Source of the DNA: Kiritimatiellia bacterium
Lineage (GTDB): Bacteria; Verrucomicrobiota; Kiritimatiellia; RFP12; UBA1067
DNA: 64,000 nucleotides
Direction: 5' to 3'
Assembly (NCBI GenBank): GCA_050949565.1
Contig: JBMNFY010000017.1
Span: 1,312,001 to 1,376,000, forward strand
The notes under the pieces are model-generated. The model was not told the origin of the DNA, ran no database searches, and was given only the letters and a program-made list of their open reading frames with translations. Positions within the stretch are counted from its first letter, which is position 1, and each line of letters begins with the position of its first letter. Below are positions 56,862 through 64,000 of this stretch, one piece after another. Both the position numbers and the translations under genes were made by a program.

Positions 56862-57499
56862 GGTTGGGTTCTCCGTTTGGCGGTTCGCACCCGATAGAGG
56901 CGCTCGGTAAAGCCGCCTTCGTTTTCGAAATCTGCAGCCAGCCGCGCCACCTGACGGTCGAGCAGTGTGCAGGCCACGGCCAGCAAGGCGAGTGCGGCAT
57001 TGGCGGAGAGCGCGGGGTAAAGGTCGGCGGGGTCTGTGGACACGGTGGACAGAGTGGACTTGGTGGACATTTCAGAAGCTTGTCCGCGCTCCACGCTTCT
57101 CTTCGCGGCCTGTACCACCCACGCTGCCACCTCATCGGCGGTTCGGCACCGCCGATCAATCAGTTCCTGCCGCAGTGGATGCTCCCGCTGCCACTGCGCT
57201 GCATTCCGCTGACGCAAAAAATCCTCGTAGTCAAGCTTCAGTTCTTCCAAGCTAGCACGAGCCACCTGGGTCAGCTTGAGTTCCGTCTTCTTCGAAGTGG
57301 CCGATGCCTGGGAACCCTCGGCGATATTCTGCACGCCGGAACGGGCCGCCTGCACCATCTGGTCGTGGGTGCGGCTGCGCCGGTCTATGTAACGGTCGCA
57401 AAAACGCACCGTCACATCATAGACCAGTTGCGCGACCTGAAAACTTTTCAGCTTGCGGTAGCCGCCATGCTTAGGAATCAAAGGCTCCTGCCCAGCCAT
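56858..57499 (-). CDS. Four-helix-bundle protein with suffix domain (TIGR02436/TIGR04258-like)
   Basis: HGGYRKLKSF, DQMVQAARSGVQNIAEGS, TELKLTQVARASLEELKLDYEDFLRQR, EGGFTERLY; stop overlaps the aguA start. Confidence 0.9.
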   Translation of the reverse strand: MAGQEPLIPKHGGYRKLKSFQVAQLVYDVTVRFCDRYIDRRSRTHDQMVQAARSGVQNIAEGSQASATSKKTELKLTQVARASLEELKLDYEDFLRQRNAAQWQREHPLRQELIDRRCRTADEVAAWVVQAAKRSVERGQASEMSTKSTLSTVSTDPADLYPALSANAALALLAVACTLLDRQVARLAADFENEGGFTERLYRVRTAKRRTQP

Positions 57500-57627
57500 A
57501 AAGCACCCTCTACGTCTACTCTGTCCACTACGTCCACCAAGTCCACTGTTCCCCAGCGTAACCCAAACACCAACGGCGGGCAAGGAAAGAAAGCCAAGCC
57601 TGCAAAACCAAGTTTTTCCCCCGCGTC

Positions 57628-58353
57628 CTAAACCATGCTGAGTTCGAGTTTCTGCTTCATCCTTTCCCAGCCTGGAACGAGCGATTCGAGGAGCTTGTAA
57701 AACTCTGGACTGTGATCGCGATGTTTCAGATGGCACAACTCATGGGTCACAACATAGTCAATGCACTCTTTGGGTGCCCTGATCAGATCCACATTGAGGG
57801 TTAATGTGCCCTTCTCTGAAAGGCTTCCCCACCTTTTTCGCATTCGCCTGATGGCAAGCTTGGGGCGACAGACATCGAGACCATTCAGTTTTTGCCAACA
57901 GCGTTCCATGCTTTCGGCAAATTGAACCTGCGCCTTTTTTGAATACCAGTCGCTCAGCAGTTTTTTGGCAACGGTGGGAGTCGGCGCGTCTCGGCAGGTG
58001 ATGCGGAAAAATCCGCGAGATAATTTAACAGCGTTTTCTCCGCCTTTTTCCAGCCTCAAGCGGTATTGCTTTCCAAGATACAGGTGGGTCTCGCCATTCA
58101 CATAACAACGCTTTGGCGTCCTGGGGTCAAACTGCTTGAAATAGTTCAGTTGCTTGAAAACCCAGCGTGCTCGCTTGATGATTTTCTTTTCTACCACCGC
58201 AATATCGGTGCGCAAAGGCACTTTGACCACAACCGAAGCATCAGGACAAACCGCAATTTCCATCGTCTTTCGGTCACAGTACAGCAAACTGAAATCGATG
58301 GTCTTCCGTCCATAAACAACCGAGTGCTGGCTACTAGGGATTGACGCGCCCAT
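57628..58353 (-). CDS. YgjP/DUF45 metallo-hydrolase (M48-like), RM-associated
   Basis: GETHLYLG, MRKRWGS, IDYVVTHELCHL (HExxH), HSPEFY. Confidence 0.9.
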   Translation of the reverse strand: MGASIPSSQHSVVYGRKTIDFSLLYCDRKTMEIAVCPDASVVVKVPLRTDIAVVEKKIIKRARWVFKQLNYFKQFDPRTPKRCYVNGETHLYLGKQYRLRLEKGGENAVKLSRGFFRITCRDAPTPTVAKKLLSDWYSKKAQVQFAESMERCWQKLNGLDVCRPKLAIRRMRKRWGSLSEKGTLTLNVDLIRAPKECIDYVVTHELCHLKHRDHSPEFYKLLESLVPGWERMKQKLELSMV

Positions 58354-61300
58354 TACTTGTAATCCCTGTGCTTGGCCACCTGCAATACTTTCTTGATGAT
58401 GTCATCCATCTGCTCAAGCGATAATTCGATGCCTCTCCCTGCCCCGAGTTCATCGTAGAGATAATCGTCAATGTCGTTGATCACCTGTTTCTGCGCGTCT
58501 TCGTCATCCCAGAAGTGAACCTTCCGGTGTTTTTCCAAGATGCCATGAAGAGCGATGGCTGTGTCAGCCGCAGCCGCTTCAACATCTTCTTCGGTCAACC
58601 CATGGGCGGTAAGGAACGGTTTGACCACGCCAAAATACGCCATGGCATCTTCATTGCCGGAAAGGATGTCCGGCACATCATCGTGGACTTTGTCGACGAC
58701 CTTGTTGCGGATTTCAACGACCTTTTTCAAGTAGTCCATGTCGGATAGCCGTTTGACCCTGAAATCTTCAATCGCCTGCTGGATCAGTTTTGAAAACTTC
58801 TCGTAAAACGCAGGGTCTTCGCCCATCTTTTCGGCGATGACCTTTTTCGTGGCGTAAGCAATCGCGTCAGCCTTTGAAGCCGTTGTTTTTCCGGTCTGGT
58901 AAACGCCCTGCTCCTCCTTGACCGTCATAAAGGCGTCGTCGTCAAAGATATTGACCGGCTCATTGAGCCGCAAAACTTCGTTGGCCTGGATATGCGTGTC
59001 CAACAGCTTTTTGATCTTAGGCTCATAATCCCTGTAATCGACGGCCTCTGCATAACGGAGCCTGACGGATGCCTTGAGTGACTGGAACTTTCGGAGGTCG
59101 GCCTTGTATCTGGACAGGGTGTTTTCATCGGTTTCGGTCAGGAATTTCTCTGAAGAAAGCGCGATGCTCAGAGTTTTTCCGAACTCCAAAAGACGGCTGT
59201 AAAACTCTTCTCGGAGTTCATCGTCAGCCAGCAGTACTTCGTATGCCTCTTCGTCGTAAGAGTGCTTCACCGTTTTGAAGAGATCCCAAAGATCGGAATA
59301 ACGTCCCGGCAGTTTTTCGATTTCTCTATGGATGGATGTCAGAATGCCGACCAGATCAGACTCGTCGAAACGTTCAAATGCGTTATACATGGTCAACGCT
59401 TTGTCCAATTCACCGAGAACGCTCACGTAATCGATAATAAAGCCGAACTCTTTGCCCTCGTGCAACCGATTGACCCGCGCAATGGCCTGAAGCAACCTAT
59501 GCTCTTTGAGAACCCGGCATAAATAGAGAACCGTATTGCGCGGCGCATCAAAACCTGTGAGCAGCTTGTCAACGACAATCAGGATTTCAGGCTCATCGCC
59601 GTGTTTAAACTGGTTGATGAGCTGCTTGGTATACTCCTCTTCGCTACCATAGCGCCTCATCATTTTTTCCCAGAACTTGACCACCTCATCTGTAGGCTCG
59701 TCATCGGTCTCCTCGTGGCCTTCGCGCGTGTCCGGTGCTGAGATAACCACCTCGGAGCTGACCATGCCGATCTCGTTCAGGTACGCGTTGTACTTGAGTG
59801 CGGTTGCCTTGCCCGGTGCCACCAGTTGCGCTTTGAAGCCAGTGCCCTGCCAGTTTGCACGGAAGTGCTCGCTGATATCAAAAGCCCTCATGTAAACGAC
59901 TTGATCGGCTTTATTCAACATCTCCGCCCGCGCATATTTTCGCTTCAGATCCGCCTGCTGCTCTGTGGTCAGCCCCTGCGTGTACCGTCCAAACCATAGA
60001 TCGACAGCCTCTTTGTTTTGCGTCATCTCCACATGCCGCCCCTCGTACAGAAGCGGAACCACCGCACTGTCTTCAACGGCCTGCTTGATGGAGTAGTGGG
60101 GCTCCACCAACTTGCCGAACTTGGCGAAGCTGTTCTTTTCCTTCCTTAGCAACGGCGTGCCGGTAAAGCCCAAGTAGCAGGCGCGGGGCAACATCCGTCT
60201 CATTTGGGCGGCGAAAGAGCCGAATTGGGTACGGTGCCCCTCATCCACCAGCATGAAAATGTCAGGCGAGTCATCCTGATATTTTTTTACTGCATAGGCC
60301 TTGTCGAACTTGTGAATGAGGGTTGTGATAATCCCCGCTTCCTTTCTTTCGATCAGCTCCAGCAGGTTCCGCCCCGACGTGGCGCTGTTTGCCGCAAGAC
60401 CGCAAGCGGCGAAGGTGTTCCCCAGTTGCTTGTCGAGATCGTCACGGTCGGTCACCAGAATAATTCGCGGTGCCGGAATTTCCGAGTCCAAGACCAGATT
60501 GCGAACCAGCATCACCATGGTCAGGGATTTGCCTGAACCCTGCGTGTGCCAGATCACACCGCCCTTGCGCACGCCGTTGTCATCGAACTGCTTGACCCGG
60601 CTCAATATGGACTTGACGACAAAATACTGCTGATAACGGGCAATCTTTTTGAGACCGCCGTCGAACACCGTGAACTTCCACGCCAGTTCCAGAAGCCGAT
60701 CCGGACGGCAGAGCGAGAAAAGGGTTTTGTCCTGTTCGGTCACCAGCCTGTTGCCGGTGAAACACTCCGGCCTGACGCCAAAGGTCGTTGCGATATTGGC
60801 GACATCTTCCACGCTCAAGGGCTGATTGACGCAAGCCGCGAGTTTTTCATATTCGCACTCGCCGCATTTCATCTGGGGCTCTTTCCAGACGCTCCAGAAT
60901 TTTGCGGCGCTACCCGTTGTGGCGTACATCGCGCTGTTTTTGTTCAACGCCAAGACCATCTGGCTGTAGATGAAAAGTTTCGGAATGTAGTCGTCGCTCT
61001 GATTTCTGATCGACTGTGAAACAGCTTGCTCTATCTCAATCTGCGGTGCCTTGCACTCAATTACGCAGAACGGAATGCCGTTGACAAAGAGAACGATGTC
61101 CGGCCTGGCGGTTTCCGTTGAACGGGAACGTTCGACGCCGTACTCCACCACGACATGAAACGCATTGCGGTCGGGATTGCGCCAGTCGACATAGTTCATG
61201 GTAAAGCTTTTAGAGTCGCCTTCGATGGTCTGCTCCAAGGCTGTTCCCAGCGTGATCAGGTCGTAAATGGCCTCGTTGGTTTTCAAGAGCCCATCGTACT

Positions 61301-61553
61301 TGATGTTCTTCAGTTTTTGGATGGCGGACTGCACATTCTCCTCGCTGAAGAGATACTCGCCGCCTTTGTAGCGGATGCGGTTGATTTCTTTGAGCTGCTT
61401 GCGCAGGATATTTTCCAGTAGGACGTTGGAGTAGCGCCCCTGCCGCTCGCTGAGTGCCTTGGCGGGAGTCAAAAACTCAAAGCCCAGGTTGATCAGAAGC
61501 TGTAACGCCGGGATTTGAGAGAGGTGTTTTTCGTTGGTCGCAAAGTCACACAT
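58353..61553 (-). CDS. hsdR: Type I restriction endonuclease subunit R
   Basis: RPDIVLFVNGIP...IECK, RYQQY, HTQGSGKS, DEGHR, GFTGTP, LLTGFDAP, QAIARVNR. Confidence 0.97.
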   Translation of the reverse strand: MCDFATNEKHLSQIPALQLLINLGFEFLTPAKALSERQGRYSNVLLENILRKQLKEINRIRYKGGEYLFSEENVQSAIQKLKNIKYDGLLKTNEAIYDLITLGTALEQTIEGDSKSFTMNYVDWRNPDRNAFHVVVEYGVERSRSTETARPDIVLFVNGIPFCVIECKAPQIEIEQAVSQSIRNQSDDYIPKLFIYSQMVLALNKNSAMYATTGSAAKFWSVWKEPQMKCGECEYEKLAACVNQPLSVEDVANIATTFGVRPECFTGNRLVTEQDKTLFSLCRPDRLLELAWKFTVFDGGLKKIARYQQYFVVKSILSRVKQFDDNGVRKGGVIWHTQGSGKSLTMVMLVRNLVLDSEIPAPRIILVTDRDDLDKQLGNTFAACGLAANSATSGRNLLELIERKEAGIITTLIHKFDKAYAVKKYQDDSPDIFMLVDEGHRTQFGSFAAQMRRMLPRACYLGFTGTPLLRKEKNSFAKFGKLVEPHYSIKQAVEDSAVVPLLYEGRHVEMTQNKEAVDLWFGRYTQGLTTEQQADLKRKYARAEMLNKADQVVYMRAFDISEHFRANWQGTGFKAQLVAPGKATALKYNAYLNEIGMVSSEVVISAPDTREGHEETDDEPTDEVVKFWEKMMRRYGSEEEYTKQLINQFKHGDEPEILIVVDKLLTGFDAPRNTVLYLCRVLKEHRLLQAIARVNRLHEGKEFGFIIDYVSVLGELDKALTMYNAFERFDESDLVGILTSIHREIEKLPGRYSDLWDLFKTVKHSYDEEAYEVLLADDELREEFYSRLLEFGKTLSIALSSEKFLTETDENTLSRYKADLRKFQSLKASVRLRYAEAVDYRDYEPKIKKLLDTHIQANEVLRLNEPVNIFDDDAFMTVKEEQGVYQTGKTTASKADAIAYATKKVIAEKMGEDPAFYEKFSKLIQQAIEDFRVKRLSDMDYLKKVVEIRNKVVDKVHDDVPDILSGNEDAMAYFGVVKPFLTAHGLTEEDVEAAAADTAIALHGILEKHRKVHFWDDEDAQKQVINDIDDYLYDELGAGRGIELSLEQMDDIIKKVLQVAKHRDYK

Positions 61554-61578
61554 AACGCTTCCTTCTACTTACCATTTT

Positions 61579-61866
61579 GAACCACGGAATACACTGAATA
61601 CACGGAAAGAGAGAAGCGCGGCGGCGGGCACTTTCTGTGTGGTCTGTGTGTTCTGTAGTCTTGTTTGGAACCACTGAATACACGGAAAGGGAGAAGCGCG
61701 GCGGCGGGTGTTTTCTGTGTGATCCGTGTGGTCTGTGGTTTTTGTTGGAACCACGGAATACACTGAACACACGGAAAGGGATAGTGCGCGGCGGCGGGAG
61801 CTTTCTGTGTGGTCTGTGTGGTCTGTGGTTTTTGCTGGAACCACGGAATACACGAAATACACGGAA
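61579..61866. repeat. Tandem array of about 3.5 hairpin units (89/80/90 bp) built from 9-mer arms
   Basis: Units start at 61579, 61668, 61748 and 61838: GAACCACGGAATACAC..ACACGGAA - loop - TTCTGTGTGGTCTGTGTGGTCTGTGGTT. Confidence 0.92.
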
Positions 61867-61872
61867 AGGGAG

Positions 61873-61925
61873 CTTGCCGGGATTTGAGAGGGGCGCTTTT
61901 CGGTAGTGTGGAAGCTGGTCATCAT
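61873..61925 (-). pseudogene. Relic 5' end of hsdR
   Basis: MMTSFHTTEKRPSQIPA versus HsdR MCDFATNEKHLSQIPA; GCCGGGATTTGAGAG identical at 61876-61890 and 61507-61521. Confidence 0.75.
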
Positions 61926-63805
61926 GTCTCTCCGTTTTCCGTCTCTTCTTTGGTGTTTTCGGGCAGTCTTGCAGCATTCCAGAACACATTAAAAACAAGT
62001 CTCAAGATGAGCCACCACGTATAAACGCCATGCAGTGAGTTGCAGCTATTATATTCAAGCAATCCATGAGCAAGTTTATTTCGGAAGTTTGCTCCAATGG
62101 GATCGCAAAACAAAGCCTTGATCTCGAAGGTCAGATCGTCCCTAAAAACAGCCTTCATTTCAGGAAGGCCAACAAGCGTACTGAGTCCATTCTCGGTTTC
62201 GATACCACGGTCATCTAAAGTTGTTGTTTTTGCCCCCACATTTTTAAGGTGGTAGCGAACCATGTTCTCGACTTGGGGTACTAGAAGATGAAGAGCCGTA
62301 ACGTAGTCATAGTCATATCCAGAATAAAGTCCTTTAGCAAAGAAGACTTCGCGCCCCGGCGGAACAATTGGGGACTGTTTGACAATGCTGAGAAAATCGA
62401 TTTCGCGTATTCGATGTTCTAAGTGAAGGATTTCCAACGCCGGCAAAATATTTCCCTGAACTATCAAGGTGAGATAGAGGCCATGATTTCGCATGACCGT
62501 CGCTTGGACATTGGGGTGATTCCCGTCCAGAGTTTCGTCAAAGTTGATGCCATTTATTTTGGCGATCACGCGACCATCACGACTCATGTAGGTGCCACCG
62601 AACAATGATGATAACGGATGTTGCTTCAATTGCTTTATTGCCGAATCCTGCATTTCGGAGATACGCATACCTTGGGAAAGATTGACGAATGCCTTTAGTG
62701 CGTCAATTGGTGTCTTCCCAGAGACTTCAGATCTGGAAGCCTCCACTATCTGAGTGATATCTATTCCATCGGATGAGAAAACTTTTATTTCATCAAGGGC
62801 CAATTGACCAGCCTCATTCAGAAGTTGATGTAACTCCGCAATACGTTCATCCACCTTTAAGGCAAGACGATCTGCTTTGGGGATCGTCCTGAGAATCTGA
62901 ATGGCGTTTTCATAAAAACTTGCGGCAGCCATGTTACTTGAGTGTTCTGTGGCTGTACGAGCCTTCGCTTCTTTTACAAAAGCTTCAGCGTGGCAGATGG
63001 TCATTTTCGCCGACTTTGTTTTATCCCCTGCGGATGCATACCATTTTGAAGAGTTGTCGAAACAATCCCGTGCCCTATCTAAATCACCGCCAGCATCAAA
63101 AGTTCTCGCCAATGATTCCAGTTTTCCACCGATATCATACGCATTGCTTTTACCGAGACCGAATTTGGCCATAAGTTCGGCTAACCACAAGGCAAGGTAG
63201 CCGTCAGATTCCTTGCAGGAGTCAAATGCTTGCTGAATATCACGTTCCATCTCTTGAATACGGCTGCCTGCCCCAGTTCGAAGCATGGCGGCTAAACCAA
63301 GCGCCCGGCACCAACATTCGCGTCCATCAAGGATCCACGTTTTGGCATCAAGAGGTATCTGGCGGTATGCATCAATTGCGACAAGGGCATTGTTCAAATC
63401 TCGCTTCGACGCCTTTAGCCAAGCGAGATCGGCTAAACGGGCCTTCAATCGGACATTTGTTATTTCTGGCACGATGTCAGAAAAGAAAGAGATGGCCTCC
63501 GAAGAAAAGTCATCCACTACGGCAGAACGCCAGCCATGAAAAACGGCTAATGGCTTGAATGGCTCGCTCTTATCGTTAGACGACAGCCTCATTGAGCAGG
63601 CATCAGAAAGCAGTCCATAAATTTTGGCCTGTTTCAGATTGCCTTCATCACACGATTTACGAGCCGCATCTGAAAAAGCATTGTGGATAGAGTAGTAGTC
63701 ATCTCTGGTTGAGCTATCCAGAATCCTCTGGCAATCCTCTTTATCGAAATCACTTTTATCGACAACCGTATCCGCCAGATCCTTTTCGTCAGTCATAGTG
63801 GCCAT
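61922..63805 (-). CDS. DUF4209-domain protein with HEPN-like Rx4H motif
   Basis: C-terminal LLVPQVENMVRY...GANFRNKLAHGLL; AAGGAGG RBS; visibly AT-richer than the rest of the window. Confidence 0.75.
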   Translation of the reverse strand: MATMTDEKDLADTVVDKSDFDKEDCQRILDSSTRDDYYSIHNAFSDAARKSCDEGNLKQAKIYGLLSDACSMRLSSNDKSEPFKPLAVFHGWRSAVVDDFSSEAISFFSDIVPEITNVRLKARLADLAWLKASKRDLNNALVAIDAYRQIPLDAKTWILDGRECWCRALGLAAMLRTGAGSRIQEMERDIQQAFDSCKESDGYLALWLAELMAKFGLGKSNAYDIGGKLESLARTFDAGGDLDRARDCFDNSSKWYASAGDKTKSAKMTICHAEAFVKEAKARTATEHSSNMAAASFYENAIQILRTIPKADRLALKVDERIAELHQLLNEAGQLALDEIKVFSSDGIDITQIVEASRSEVSGKTPIDALKAFVNLSQGMRISEMQDSAIKQLKQHPLSSLFGGTYMSRDGRVIAKINGINFDETLDGNHPNVQATVMRNHGLYLTLIVQGNILPALEILHLEHRIREIDFLSIVKQSPIVPPGREVFFAKGLYSGYDYDYVTALHLLVPQVENMVRYHLKNVGAKTTTLDDRGIETENGLSTLVGLPEMKAVFRDDLTFEIKALFCDPIGANFRNKLAHGLLEYNSCNSLHGVYTWWLILRLVFNVFWNAARLPENTKEETENGET

Positions 63806-63807
63806 GA

Positions 63808-64000
63808 TTACACCTCCTTGTGTTGGTTGATGATTTCGGGTTTGATTCGCCATTCGCCGGTGAGCAGTTTCTGCATCAGCCCGCGTTTCTGGGTTTTGAA
63901 CTTGTCTGCAAGCTGTTTCAGAAGGTCAATTTCGTCCATAGCAATATTTAGCAAAAATTGGATTTTTTCTTGTTCTTCGCGGCTTGGCAGCCAGAATGTG
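63808..64000 (-). CDS. hsdS: Type I RM specificity subunit S, C-terminal fragment
   Basis: Manual translation: LPSREEQEKI...EIDLLKQLADKFKTQKRGLMQKLLTGEWRIK. Not in the ORF track. Confidence 0.92.
   Translation of the reverse strand, partial: TFWLPSREEQEKIQFLLNIAMDEIDLLKQLADKFKTQKRGLMQKLLTGEWRIKPEIINQHKEV

Noticed and set aside
56858-57499. Diversity-generating retroelement (Avd-like gene)
   Set aside because: No reverse transcriptase and no template/variable repeat pair with adenine-specific differences seen in the window.
61579-61866. CRISPR array or TIGR-like guide array
   Set aside because: Loop sequences are near-identical rather than unique spacers, units are 80-90 bp, and no cas or other effector gene was recognised nearby.
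61546-61998. ORFs of 150, 118 and 89 aa across the array
   Set aside because: They are translations of 9-mer repeats that lack stops; only the first 17 codons of the 118-aa ORF are meaningful (hsdR relic).

Overview
GC-rich bacterial chromosomal window. Gene content and protein style suggest a PVC-superphylum anaerobe, probably Kiritimatiellia (inference). It carries housekeeping genes (aroA, zwf, feoB/feoA, fabG-like SDR, cmk, hldD, rbr, lipA, proC, tcdA, aguA/aguB, tRNA-Pro-CGG), many large secreted proteins (a 1915-aa beta-sandwich protein, a BspA-type LRR protein, a CotH/LTD/PA14 protein, BNR/sialidase-like and glycoside hydrolase-like proteins), and at the right end a type I restriction-modification locus with a low-GC DUF4209/HEPN-like gene between hsdS and hsdR. 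The most unusual signal is non-coding. Many intergenic gaps are polarised arrays of short modules, each a 7-10-bp unit repeated about three times, joined by a recurring CCGAGCAGTGC-like motif. The same modules form inverted arms around or beside particular genes (two four-helix-bundle genes, a vWA gene splitting aguA from aguB, the LRR gene), supply new C-termini and stop codons to several genes, and form a hairpin array between a relic and a functional 5' end of hsdR. A MITE with 18-bp terminal inverted repeats and a 5-bp target duplication, and REP doublets, are also present. No recombinase, transposase, reverse transcriptase or Cas gene was recognised.
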